Part shown: positions 18,619-28,754 of the stretch, piece after piece
How the letters are laid out: every line of letters begins with the position of its first letter
Numbering within the stretch: position 1 is the stretch's first letter
NCBI GenBank assembly: GCA_016937695.1
Contig: JAFGWC010000047.1
Coordinates: 11,529 to 75,528 of the forward strand
DNA: 64,000 bases
Direction: 5' to 3'
Origin: Bacteroidales bacterium
Lineage (GTDB): Bacteria; Bacteroidota; Bacteroidia; Bacteroidales; NBLH01
The notes under the pieces: model-generated
The model's input: the letters and a program-made list of their open reading frames with translations, nothing else
Database searches by the model: none
Told to the model about the DNA's origin: nothing
Made by a program: the position numbers and the translations under genes

Positions 18619-20991
18619 ATGAAAAAACTAAGTTTAATTTTTATTTTACCCATTATCTTGTTTTCATGTAACAATAATGATTTTAAGATTAAAAATCCTG
18701 AGAACAGCGATATTTACGGATTAACAATTCCTGTAAAACTAGATTTTAAAAGCACAATTATACATTTAACTGATTTTTTTGTTGAACCAAAAGTTATTGA
18801 TTCTATTAGTTTAAATAATTTTTTTGAAATAAAACAAGACACAGTAAATAATACTATAATTATTAATCAACTTACTGATAATGTGCCGTTTATTAGCGAA
18901 CTTAAATTTTTCGTCAAAGAAAAAAAATATTCGGTTCTGCTTTTTAAAAACCAGAAAAAAAATATTGTTGTTAAATATGAAAGTGCAGATAATAATATTA
19001 AAAAAGTTGGAATTGCAGGCGAAATGAACGGTTGGAATCCTGACAGTTTAAAATTCATAAAAAAAGATAGTATTTGGGAAGCAAATATGCTCTTAAATCC
19101 CGGAAAATTCCAATATAAAATTGTTGTTGATGGAAAATGGATGCTTGACCCAAATAACAATGATTCAACCGACAATGGAAATGGCGCATATAATTCGGTT
19201 TTAACAGTTGGGAGTAAAAAAGGTTTAAAACCCGAAATTTATTCTGTTAATTCTAATAAAAATCAAATTTTAATTGAATCAGAAAATGATATTTCAGAAA
19301 TATTTGCTCTTTGGCAAAACCATTTGATTCCAATTAAAAAATCAAATAATAAGAATAGATTTAGAATTATTTTACCTAAAAATATCGACGAAATCGAGAA
19401 ATCTTTTATACGAATTTGGGCTTATAACGAAAATGGTATTTCAAACGATATTTTAATCCCTATATTAAAAGGTAAAGTAATTGAAAATACAGAACAACTT
19501 ACTAGAAAAGACAAGCATTCTTTTATTATGTATTTTATGATGGTAGATAGGTTTTTTGACGGCGATTCAACAAATAATAAACCTGTAAAAGATCCTGAAA
19601 TATCACCAAAAGCTAATTTCTATGGTGGTGATTTACAGGGAATTAAGTCCAAAATAGAATCAGGGTATTTTTCATATTTAGGAATTAATACAATTTGGGT
19701 ATCTCCTATTGTGCAAAATCCTTTAGGCGCTTATGGACAATATCCGAATCCGAAAACAAAATTTTCTGCATATCATGGTTACTGGCCAATTTCTTCAACA
19801 AAAGTTGATGACAGATTTGGTGGCGAACAAGGCTTAAAAGATTTAATTGATATAGCTCATGATAAAAACATAAACATTTTAGTTGATTATGTTGCAAACC
19901 ATGTTCATAAAGAGCATCCAATTTATATAAATCATCCGGATTGGGCTACGAGTTTATATTTACCGGATGGAACAATGAATACTGAGAAATGGGACGAGCA
20001 CAGACTAACCACTTGGTTTGATGTTTTTTTACCCACATTAGATTTTTCAAAACCTGAAGTAGTTGATGCCTTAACTGATTCAGCTTTATTTTGGTTCGAA
20101 AATTATCAAATTGATGGATTTAGGCACGATGCAACAAAACATATTCCAGAAAAATTTTGGCGTACTCTAACTTACAAATTAAAAAAACGTATTATGATTC
20201 CTAATAACAGAGACGTTTTTCAGATTGGGGAAACTTATGGAAGTCCTGAATTAATAAGCAGTTATGTCAATTCCGGCGAATTGGAAGGACAATTCGACTT
20301 TAATGTATACGATGCGGCAGTAAGTGCATTCGCAAATACTAATTCAAATTTCGAAAATCTTAATAACAGGATATTAGAAAGTTTAAAATATTACGGATAT
20401 CATAATTTAATGGGTTATATAACCGGAAATCAAGATAGAGCAAGATTTATTTCATATGCAGATGGTTCTGTTTCGTTTGCCGAAGATGCAAAATATGCCG
20501 GTTGGACAAGAAACATTCAAATAAAGGATACTGTTGGTTATCAGAAACTTGCAGAACTGACAGCCTTTATGATGACAATTCCCGGAATTCCAGTAATTTA
20601 TTATGGTGATGAAATTGGAATGCCTGGTGGAAACGATCCGGATAATAGAAGAATGATGAAGTTTGATAATCTTAATCAAAATCAAAAAAATCACCTTAAT
20701 AATATCAAAAAACTAATAAATCTTAGAAAAAATAAAATTTCATTAGTTTATGGCGATTTTAAAACTATTAAAATTGAAAAAGATATTTATGCTTTTATAA
20801 GAACTTATTTTGATAAAACAGCAATAATAATTTTCAATAAAAGCTCTGTTAATCAAGATATTACAATAGATATTTCTAAAAGAGTTAATCTAAAAAAACT
20901 TTCATCTAATTTTAATTCAGAATTTAAATTAGATGAAAATATTTTAAAAATAAATTTAAAAGCAAATTCTTTTGAGATATTAACTAATTAG
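18619..20991 (+). CDS. GH13 alpha-glucan hydrolase lipoprotein with an N-terminal CBM48/E-set-like module
   Basis: Lipobox ILFSC. It has GIAGEMNGWNP...FQYKIVVDGKW, and GH13 regions DYVANHV, DGFRHDATKH, GETYG and GNQDRARF. Confidence 0.8.
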   Translation: MKKLSLIFILPIILFSCNNNDFKIKNPENSDIYGLTIPVKLDFKSTIIHLTDFFVEPKVIDSISLNNFFEIKQDTVNNTIIINQLTDNVPFISELKFFVKEKKYSVLLFKNQKKNIVVKYESADNNIKKVGIAGEMNGWNPDSLKFIKKDSIWEANMLLNPGKFQYKIVVDGKWMLDPNNNDSTDNGNGAYNSVLTVGSKKGLKPEIYSVNSNKNQILIESENDISEIFALWQNHLIPIKKSNNKNRFRIILPKNIDEIEKSFIRIWAYNENGISNDILIPILKGKVIENTEQLTRKDKHSFIMYFMMVDRFFDGDSTNNKPVKDPEISPKANFYGGDLQGIKSKIESGYFSYLGINTIWVSPIVQNPLGAYGQYPNPKTKFSAYHGYWPISSTKVDDRFGGEQGLKDLIDIAHDKNINILVDYVANHVHKEHPIYINHPDWATSLYLPDGTMNTEKWDEHRLTTWFDVFLPTLDFSKPEVVDALTDSALFWFENYQIDGFRHDATKHIPEKFWRTLTYKLKKRIMIPNNRDVFQIGETYGSPELISSYVNSGELEGQFDFNVYDAAVSAFANTNSNFENLNNRILESLKYYGYHNLMGYITGNQDRARFISYADGSVSFAEDAKYAGWTRNIQIKDTVGYQKLAELTAFMMTIPGIPVIYYGDEIGMPGGNDPDNRRMMKFDNLNQNQKNHLNNIKKLINLRKNKISLVYGDFKTIKIEKDIYAFIRTYFDKTAIIIFNKSSVNQDITIDISKRVNLKKLSSNFNSEFKLDENILKINLKANSFEILTN

Positions 20992-21030
20992 TAAATAGAA
21001 TATTAAGTTAAACTTAACAAAAAACATAAA

Positions 21031-22407
21031 ATGAAAAAATTATTATTATTCCTTTTTTTACTAGGCATTTTAAACTCCTGTAATACAGGCGTTTCTGAAA
21101 ATAATAAAGAAAGTAACGATTCAATTCAGAAAATTGCATTAAAACATCCTGATTGGATAAAAGATAAAAATATTTATGAAGTAAATATCAGACAATATAC
21201 TAAAGAAGGAACCATAAAAGAGTTTCAAAAACATTTACCACGCTTAAAAGAAATGGGCGTTGATATTCTATGGCTAATGCCAATAAATCCAATTGGCAAA
21301 AAAAACAGAAAAGGAACTTTAGGCAGCTATTATTCAGTTAAGGATTATTATGCTGTAAATGAGGACTTTGGAACGATGCAAGATTTTAAAAATCTTGTGT
21401 CTGAGGCTCATAAATTAAAAATGTACGTAATTATTGATTGGGTTGCAAATCACACAGCATGGGACAATCCATGGGTAACCGAACATCCGGAATATTATAC
21501 AAAAGACAGCCTTGGAAATTTTATACCCCCTATTGGTACAGATTGGTCTGATGTTCTTGACTTAAATTATGATAATGACAGTTTAAGAAAAGAAATGATA
21601 AATGCTTTAAGTTTTTGGGTTAAACAAGCTGATATTGACGGCTACAGATGCGATGTAGCTTCATGGTTACCAATCGATTTTTGGAACAGAGCAAGAAAAG
21701 AATTAGACGAAATTAAACCTGTTTTTATGCTAGCCGAATCTGAAGATAAAAATATTTTTTACCAAGCTTTTGACATGGGATATGCATGGAATCTTCATCA
21801 CATAATGAATGAAATTTCCAAAGGGAATAATAATGCTAAGGATATTTCAAACTATTTTGTAAAAGACAGTATTGAGTTTCCCGAAAATTCGATAAAAATG
21901 AATTTTACTAGTAATCATGATGAAAATTCATGGAACGGAACTGTATTTGAAAGAATGCCGGAATCATACAAAACATTTGCCGTATTGTCTGCAACAGTTC
22001 CAGGTATGCCATTGATTTACAGCGGACAAGAAGTTAGTTTAAACAAAAGACTTGAATTTTTTGAAAAAGATCAAATTGATTGGAACTCTGAAAATAATTT
22101 ATCGGAATTTTACAAAACTTTATTAAATTTTAAAAAAGGACATTCTGCACTTTGGAATGGAAATTTTGGCGGCTCAATGAAATTAATAAAAACTAATAAT
22201 CCTGAAAAAGTATTTGCATTTATACGAGAAAAAAACAATGATATAGTATTAATAATTAGCAACTTAAGTAAAGAAGACCTAATAGTTGATTTAGACAGTA
22301 CTTTATCAGAAAATAACTTTAAAGAATTGTTTTCTGATAAAAAATTCCAAACAAAGGAACTAAAATTATCAGCTTGGGAATACAATATTTTTTATATTCA
22401 GAAATAA
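21031..22407 (+). CDS. GH13 alpha-amylase lipoprotein
   Basis: Lipobox ILNSC. GH13 regions DWVANHTAWD, DGYRCDVA, MLAESED and FTSNHDENSW are present. Confidence 0.85.
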   Translation: MKKLLLFLFLLGILNSCNTGVSENNKESNDSIQKIALKHPDWIKDKNIYEVNIRQYTKEGTIKEFQKHLPRLKEMGVDILWLMPINPIGKKNRKGTLGSYYSVKDYYAVNEDFGTMQDFKNLVSEAHKLKMYVIIDWVANHTAWDNPWVTEHPEYYTKDSLGNFIPPIGTDWSDVLDLNYDNDSLRKEMINALSFWVKQADIDGYRCDVASWLPIDFWNRARKELDEIKPVFMLAESEDKNIFYQAFDMGYAWNLHHIMNEISKGNNNAKDISNYFVKDSIEFPENSIKMNFTSNHDENSWNGTVFERMPESYKTFAVLSATVPGMPLIYSGQEVSLNKRLEFFEKDQIDWNSENNLSEFYKTLLNFKKGHSALWNGNFGGSMKLIKTNNPEKVFAFIREKNNDIVLIISNLSKEDLIVDLDSTLSENNFKELFSDKKFQTKELKLSAWEYNIFYIQK

Positions 22408-22475
22408 TGGTACAATTGTTCAAAGATACAATGATGTAATGATATAATAATTTAATAATAAAATATCTAAAAAAA

Positions 22476-24317
22476 ATGAAATTTAAAATACTTTTAGTCT
22501 CACTATTTATATTAATGATAATGAATGCATTAGCACAAGAAATTAAGCGAGTAGAACCACCAAATTGGTGGATTGGAATGGAAAATCCAAATGTACAGCT
22601 CCTTATATATGGCGATAATATTGCAGAATTAAATGTTTCTATAAAAAATAAAGATTTAAAACTTCTTAAAGTAAATAAAACTGAAAACAAAAATTATTTA
22701 TTTTTAGATTTAGAAATCAGCAAAACAGCAAAAGCCGGAATAATTAATATAAACTTCAAAAAAGAAAATAAAAGTTTTAACTATGAATATGAACTAAAAA
22801 AAAGAGAAAATAATCCTGATAATCATAAAGGATTTTACAGTTCAGATGCAATATATTTAATTATGCCCGATAGATTTTCAAACGGAAATCCGGAAAACGA
22901 CAATGTTGAAGGCATGCTAGAAAAAGCAGACAGAAACAATCCTGATGGAAGACATGGTGGTGATTTACAAGGAATTAGAAACAATTTGAAATATATTTCA
23001 GATTTAGGATTTACTGCAATCTGGATAAATCCTGTGCTTGAAAACAACATGCCCAGAACAACATATCATGGTTATGCGATTACAGATTTTTACAAAATAG
23101 ACCCAAGACACGGTTCAAATCAAGACTATAAGCAATTAGTAGATGAAAGTCATAAAAACGGCTTAAAAGTTATAATGGATATGGTTTTTAACCATTGTGG
23201 CTCTTCACATTGGTGGATGAAAGATTTACCATCAAAAGATTGGTTACATCAATTTCCTGAATTTACAAGAACAAATTATCGTGCGCCAGTAGTTTCAGAT
23301 CCTTACAGCTCAGAAATTGACGATAAATTAATTGAAAAAGGCTGGTTTGATATTACAATGCCTGATTTAAATCAGGATAATAAATTTCTTGCTAACTATT
23401 TAATACAGAATAGTATATGGTGGATTGAATATTCCGGAATTGACGGAATTAGAATGGATACTTATCCTTATCCAGAAAAAAACATGATGGCTAATTGGGT
23501 TAAAGCTGTTTTAAAAGAATATCCAAAATTTAATATTGTTGGCGAAACATGGCTTCAAAAAGAAAGCATGACAGCATATTGGCAAAAAGATGCAAAAAAC
23601 AAAGATGGTTATAACTCTCATTTACCAAGCGTTACAGATTTTCCTATTCATTTTTCATTAATAAAAGCCTTAAATAACGAAGATACATGGACAGGCGGAA
23701 TAATGGAACTTTATTACGTACTTGCTCAGGATTTTGTTTACACAAATCCAAATTTAAATTTGATATTCCCTGATAATCATGACTTAAGAAGAATTTATTC
23801 TAGCTTAAATCATAATTATAATAAATTTAAAATTGCAATGGCATTTATTTTAACTACAAGAGGAATACCGCAAATTTATTATGGAACAGAAATTTTAATG
23901 GATGGAAATGATTTTGACGGTCATGGACAAATCAGACAAGACTTTCCGGGCGGTTGGAAAGGAGATAAAATTAACGCTTTTAAGCAAGAGAATTTGAGTA
24001 AAGAAAAAATTGAAGCATTCAATTATGTTAAAAAACTGCTTAATTGGCGAAAAAATAAAGATGTTATCCATAATGGAAAACTAAAGCATTTTATTCCTGA
24101 AAATAGTGTTTATGTTTATTTTAGATATACTGAAAATCAGGCAGTTATGATTATTATTAATAAAAACAATTCTAAATTAGTTAATACTAAAAGATTTTCA
24201 GAAATCCTGAATAAATACTCAAAAGCAGTAGATATTATTAGTGATGAAAAAATTACTGATTTAGAAAATATTTGGATGGAAGGTTTATCTGTTAGAATAT
24301 TAGAATTAGAAAAATAA
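22476..24317 (+). CDS. Periplasmic GH13 neopullulanase/cyclomaltodextrinase-like enzyme (SusA-like)
   Basis: The signal peptide ends ALA|QE. The N-terminal RVEPPNWWIGM module (cyclomaltodextrinase N-domain type) is followed by DMVFNHCG, DGIRMDTYPY, GETW and PDNHDLRR. Confidence 0.8.
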   Translation: MKFKILLVSLFILMIMNALAQEIKRVEPPNWWIGMENPNVQLLIYGDNIAELNVSIKNKDLKLLKVNKTENKNYLFLDLEISKTAKAGIININFKKENKSFNYEYELKKRENNPDNHKGFYSSDAIYLIMPDRFSNGNPENDNVEGMLEKADRNNPDGRHGGDLQGIRNNLKYISDLGFTAIWINPVLENNMPRTTYHGYAITDFYKIDPRHGSNQDYKQLVDESHKNGLKVIMDMVFNHCGSSHWWMKDLPSKDWLHQFPEFTRTNYRAPVVSDPYSSEIDDKLIEKGWFDITMPDLNQDNKFLANYLIQNSIWWIEYSGIDGIRMDTYPYPEKNMMANWVKAVLKEYPKFNIVGETWLQKESMTAYWQKDAKNKDGYNSHLPSVTDFPIHFSLIKALNNEDTWTGGIMELYYVLAQDFVYTNPNLNLIFPDNHDLRRIYSSLNHNYNKFKIAMAFILTTRGIPQIYYGTEILMDGNDFDGHGQIRQDFPGGWKGDKINAFKQENLSKEKIEAFNYVKKLLNWRKNKDVIHNGKLKHFIPENSVYVYFRYTENQAVMIIINKNNSKLVNTKRFSEILNKYSKAVDIISDEKITDLENIWMEGLSVRILELEK

Positions 24318-24333
24318 AAATTATATTACATAA

Positions 24334-24376
24334 AAAAGCTGTCTAAAATTATATTTCAGACAGCTTTTTATTTTTA
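24334..24376 (+). terminator. Intrinsic terminator ending the glucan-catabolic operon
   Basis: An 11-bp stem AAAAGCTGTCT / AGACAGCTTTT followed by a T-run, 17 nt after the stop codon. Confidence 0.8.
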
Positions 24377-24660
24377 ATCTATTAACACAAATCATTAACC
24401 AAACCATTTATGAAAAAAAACAAGACCCTATTTTATAAGAGTTATATCTTTAACGAAAACTAATTAAAGAATATTTTAAAATTCAAATATTTTTTTTGTT
24501 TTTATTAAAAAAAATGGCAACAATCTAAAATTTTGAATTAAAATAAAAATATATTATGTTAATTATCAATTAATTATATGTTTTTTTTTGATTTAAGAAA
24601 TTTTAAATAACTAAATTAAGTTTTTCTCTATAAATACTTTAATATTCTTTCAGTAAAAAA

Positions 24661-25746
24661 CTATTTCCCAAGTTCATATCTAATTCCTATACTAAATCCT
24701 ATAGCTCTTATTGATGTTTTATCCTGAATACCAATTGTACTCAAAAAATCAGATTGATATTGAGGCTCTGTAAATCCAATATCTGTTAAGCCATATTCAA
24801 AATAAAATCCAAAATCAGCATGCATTTTTTTTCCCATTTTATAGCTTAAACCTAAATTAGCCATTAACGAAAAATTAACAGACTCATATTTTGATATTTC
24901 TTGATCTAATGTTGTATTAATATTTTCAAATCCATATTCAGGTAAGTCATACAAAACGATATGATAATCAGGATAATAAGCTTGAGTTTCTGATTTTATA
25001 TCTGCGCTAATATAAGTATCAAATATATACATAAATCTTAATCCAAAATCTGCGTAAAAGCCTATTTTTTTATGCTGCCTTATTTGATATTTTAAAACTA
25101 AAGGAATAGAAACAACTTTAATATCTGTAGTTTCGTTTACTATATCAGCAATATTGTACAAAAAATATTTATCGCCGTCTTTATCTATTCTTTCAATATA
25201 ATTTTCACCAAAATTATTAAAAGTTCCTAAGTGCTGATTTGATTTGTATGAGCCAATTGCAACACCTGTTCCAAGTCCAATATTAGTTGTAATAAAGTAA
25301 CTAAAATTTAATTCAATCATTGCATTCATGCGGCTTTCCAAATTCCATTCAGGGCTGTCGTTAACAGCAGAATTGTAAAATTTTGAACTTATTGGTCTAA
25401 AATAAAATCCAACACTAATTGGATTAGGATTTTGCATTGGTAAATACTCCATTTTAACTAATATTCTATCAATATCTCCAATTGGCGCTTCTTTTGTTTT
25501 CATCCCTGAAAAGGAAAAAATTAAAGCTTTTGAAAAATCAAAAACCTCAATTCTGTATTCGCCATCTGCACCTGTAATAGTCATAATCGAAGGATAATCT
25601 TGTACTGAAATATTAACTCCGGCAAGCGGATTTCCCATTAAATCAGTAACTTGCCCTGTTAAAACACGTTCTTGAGCTTTTGCTTTTCCAATAATTAAGA
25701 TTAAGATTAAAAATAAGCTGAGTTTGTTTAGTTGGTTTAGATTCAT
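24661..25746 (-). CDS. Outer-membrane beta-barrel protein with an N-terminal carboxypeptidase-regulatory-like domain
   Basis: The signal peptide ends AKA|QE. The LTGQVTD..GNPLAGVNISV..TGADGEYRI CRD-type domain is followed by alternating amphipathic strands rich in G/Y/F. It lies 33 nt downstream of the propeller gene. Confidence 0.6.
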   Translation of the reverse strand: MNLNQLNKLSLFLILILIIGKAKAQERVLTGQVTDLMGNPLAGVNISVQDYPSIMTITGADGEYRIEVFDFSKALIFSFSGMKTKEAPIGDIDRILVKMEYLPMQNPNPISVGFYFRPISSKFYNSAVNDSPEWNLESRMNAMIELNFSYFITTNIGLGTGVAIGSYKSNQHLGTFNNFGENYIERIDKDGDKYFLYNIADIVNETTDIKVVSIPLVLKYQIRQHKKIGFYADFGLRFMYIFDTYISADIKSETQAYYPDYHIVLYDLPEYGFENINTTLDQEISKYESVNFSLMANLGLSYKMGKKMHADFGFYFEYGLTDIGFTEPQYQSDFLSTIGIQDKTSIRAIGFSIGIRYELGK

Positions 25747-25779
25747 AAAATATTTTGTTTTGTTATTTTATTAAAAAAG

Positions 25780-28626
25780 TTAATTTACAATCATTTTTTT
25801 AGAAAAACAAAATTTATTGTTTATATAAACATCAACATAATAAATTCCATTCAAATTATGGGTTATAAATAAATTAATAGTTTTTTTATTTTCATTTTTT
25901 TCAAAATAATTTGTTTGAATAATTTTTCCGCCGGAATCTCTAATATAAATAATTCCCTGGCCAATAGCATCATTGTTAATTTCAAGATTAATAATATCGC
26001 TTGTAGGGTTTGGAAATATTTTAATATCATTTGTACCGATTTCAATAAAATCAGAATATCCTATGCAATTAAATTCTGTAGTAACTTGTAAAGAATATGT
26101 TCCGTTTCTATCTGAATTAGTAGGTATATTATAGAACTGTTTATTGGCGCCTTCAATATTCATTTCATTTTTAATCCACTGATAATGAGCTTGTCCGGAA
26201 TCCACACAAATAAGTAAATTATCGCCTTTTCTTAATATTTCAGGAATAACATTTGGCACAATATTTACAGGAAACCTTGATGTAACAGAGCATCCAATAT
26301 CAATTAATGTTTCGGTTAAATTAACACTTGCATTTTCGTTTGCGCCATACCAATCGACATAAATTGTTTCTAAATTATTTTCTTGTGTGATATTTCCACC
26401 ATCAATCCACCAATAATACTCTTTCTCGCTATCATAATTAACATAATAATTAATATTTTGCGAGTTTTCGCAAATTGTTGAGGCTCCTCTAATTTCTGAT
26501 AGCTCAACAACATTCACAAATATCTCAATATCAGCAGTTTGAGATTCAATTCCATCGCTAACTGTAACTATATATTTTGTAATTTGATCTGGGCTAACAC
26601 CAATATCTTTATCATTTGAACTAAATCCTACAGGCTCTGATGTCCATATATAAGTAAAATTTCCAAATCCACCACTTGGGTCTGCTGAAAGTGAAACTTC
26701 TTCTCCCTTACAAATATTTGTTTTGTCGTAAGTTATAGTCAAAGTTATGGGATCTGTTTCTATTTTTGATAATCCGCCCCATTGACCGCCAGACCATATT
26801 GCATTTCTTGAGGCATCAAAATATACTGCACTGATATAGCTTGATGCAAGTCCTTGATCTGTAGTTACTTTAGTCCAGTTTGTTCCATTAAAAATAGAAA
26901 TTACGCCATTTTTAGTTCCAAAATGTTTCACATCAGAATAATCAACATATACAGATGTTACTTCATTTCCGGCTAAACCGCTATTGCTTGTTTTGTATAT
27001 TATCCAATTAGTTTCATTATAGTATGCAACTCCTTCCGAACTGCCAATCCACACGCCTTTTCCTCCTGCGCTTTTTTCTGCATCTATTTTACTTAAATAG
27101 GCGCCTGAAGTAAAACCAATATTTATCAGACTATATGTTTTCCAAATCGTACCGTCAAATTCTGTAACGCCGTATGGATGTAAAAACCAAATATGATTAT
27201 TTATATCAACAGCGATTGAAACTACTTCGTTGTTTAGTAGTCCATCAGTTGTTGTATAATTTGTCCATGAAGTTCCATCATAAAAAGAAACACCGACATT
27301 GGTTCCGAACCATTTGTATCCATTTTTATCAATTGCAACACTTCTCACATTGTCATCTATTATGCTGCTATTCAAATGATTATAAGTTATCCATGTAGTA
27401 TAATCATAAAATCCGACACCATAATCTGTTGCACACCAAATTTCACCTGATACAATATCAATATCTCTAACAATATTGCTTGGTATTTCCGGCGGCATTC
27501 CTGTAATCTTTTGATTATTCCATGTAGTATTTCCATCAAAAATACTAAGTCCGCCGCCTTCTGTTGCAATAAGGACATTTCCGCTTCCATTAACTAAAAT
27601 ATCGTTAATATCGCTTTTTGGCAGATTTTCTGGTTCAACATAAGGCATAGGAATTCCCGTAACTGAATAATCAGTTGCTTTTTGAACTCCATTTCCTAAT
27701 TGTTCAAAACCAGCCCAGCCTGCGCCTGTATCATCGCATGCAAAAACTCGTATATCGTTTAAAATCCACATTGCGCTCCATGGCTCCCATGTTCCAGTTT
27801 CATAATAATAAACTCCCAATTGCGTTGCAGCACTTGGCTTTCCATCATTATTAAAAGTTATATCTGTAACAAAATTATTAGTAAAACCATTATAATTAGA
27901 CCAAGCACCATCATATCTTGAAACTCCGCCACCGGCAGTGCCTACATATATAATTCCTTGTCGAGCAGCAACAGAAGTTAAATTATAACCTGAAATATTC
28001 ATTTGAGTTTGAGTGTACATTTGCCATGAATTATTACTTCCGTTAAAAACAAATAACGAATTTGGTGTAGCACAATAAACCATGTATCCATCGGCATAAA
28101 TATCAACAACATCAGAAATTGTATGTCCATTTCCATCATCAGAATAATGTACAAAATTGTTTGAGCTAGAATATCTTCTTACTCCATCAGGCGAAGCAAA
28201 CCAAACGGAATTATCACCTTCAACAGTAATTGCATTTACATGATTGTTCATATTGCTGTTTTCAGAATTATAAATAATCCAATCCGTTCCATTATAGAAT
28301 GTTACACCATTATCAAAAGACCCAAACCATTTATTTCCCAAATTATCTATTGCGATTGAAATAATAAAATTACTTGATAAACCATTAACATTTTCTTTAT
28401 TATATTTTACTTGTGTTTCGCCTGAAGATAAACTAAGATTTACTACTCCGCTTTTTGTTCCCAGCCAAATAGTATTTTCGGTTGAACTGCCTGATATAGT
28501 GTCAATTGCAATTGCAAACACATCGTTATAATTATAATAATTTGTTATGTTTGGCTGTGATTTTAAGTTTGAGTTAATTATTAAATAAAAAAATGTTAAA
28601 ATAATAAGTAATCTTCTATTTTTCAT
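25780..28626 (-). CDS. T9SS-secreted protein: ~2 beta-propellers of 'two-component regulator propeller' repeats, Ig-like modules and a type-A sorting domain; no kinase or regulator domains
   Basis: The signal peptide ends LKS|QP. It has many W.GT..G...Y/F repeats (IWLGTKSGV, KWFGSFDNGV, VWFASPDGV, KWFGTNVGV and others) and the C-terminal KIFPNPTSDIINLEI...GIYYVDVY. Confidence 0.8.
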   Translation of the reverse strand: MKNRRLLIILTFFYLIINSNLKSQPNITNYYNYNDVFAIAIDTISGSSTENTIWLGTKSGVVNLSLSSGETQVKYNKENVNGLSSNFIISIAIDNLGNKWFGSFDNGVTFYNGTDWIIYNSENSNMNNHVNAITVEGDNSVWFASPDGVRRYSSSNNFVHYSDDGNGHTISDVVDIYADGYMVYCATPNSLFVFNGSNNSWQMYTQTQMNISGYNLTSVAARQGIIYVGTAGGGVSRYDGAWSNYNGFTNNFVTDITFNNDGKPSAATQLGVYYYETGTWEPWSAMWILNDIRVFACDDTGAGWAGFEQLGNGVQKATDYSVTGIPMPYVEPENLPKSDINDILVNGSGNVLIATEGGGLSIFDGNTTWNNQKITGMPPEIPSNIVRDIDIVSGEIWCATDYGVGFYDYTTWITYNHLNSSIIDDNVRSVAIDKNGYKWFGTNVGVSFYDGTSWTNYTTTDGLLNNEVVSIAVDINNHIWFLHPYGVTEFDGTIWKTYSLINIGFTSGAYLSKIDAEKSAGGKGVWIGSSEGVAYYNETNWIIYKTSNSGLAGNEVTSVYVDYSDVKHFGTKNGVISIFNGTNWTKVTTDQGLASSYISAVYFDASRNAIWSGGQWGGLSKIETDPITLTITYDKTNICKGEEVSLSADPSGGFGNFTYIWTSEPVGFSSNDKDIGVSPDQITKYIVTVSDGIESQTADIEIFVNVVELSEIRGASTICENSQNINYYVNYDSEKEYYWWIDGGNITQENNLETIYVDWYGANENASVNLTETLIDIGCSVTSRFPVNIVPNVIPEILRKGDNLLICVDSGQAHYQWIKNEMNIEGANKQFYNIPTNSDRNGTYSLQVTTEFNCIGYSDFIEIGTNDIKIFPNPTSDIINLEINNDAIGQGIIYIRDSGGKIIQTNYFEKNENKKTINLFITHNLNGIYYVDVYINNKFCFSKKMIVN

Positions 28627-28657
28627 CTGTTTATTTTTAAATTGTTTTTAATTTGCC

Positions 28658-28754
28658 AGATGGAACATCCACTATCTCAGGCATTTGTATGTTTAGAATC
28701 TGTTCGTAATAATCATGTCCTAGTGTCAAAATTTACTTGGCATGGTTGTTTCAT
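28658..28754 (-). promoter_or_regulatory. Conserved bipartite leader element, copy A (block 1 at 28658-28670, block 2 at 28741-28754)
   Basis: Coding strand reads ATGAAACAACCATG, then 70 nt, then GGATGTTCCATCT, then 31 nt, then ATG. Homologous blocks occur at 58943-59005 and 4173-4269. Confidence 0.6.

Noticed and set aside
28658-28754. The inverted blocks ATGAAACA / TGTTCCAT read as the inverted repeats of a phase-variable invertible promoter (a Bacteroides-style inverton).
   Set aside because: The arms are only 7-12 bp with mismatches. In copy B they enclose just 36 bp, which is too short for recombinase-mediated inversion. No invertase or recombinase gene is nearby, and I found no clear TAnnTTTG promoter inside the segments in either orientation.
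28715-28754. Block 2 read as the start of a conserved upstream ORF or leader peptide. Coding-strand candidates are MKQPCQVNFDTRT, MKHTCRKK... and MKHP. Plus-strand candidates are MVVSSY, MYVSY... and MGVSSF....
   Set aside because: Lengths run from 4 to 23 codons. The sequences share nothing beyond what the conserved nucleotides dictate, the frames relative to the main ORF differ, and stop positions are not conserved.
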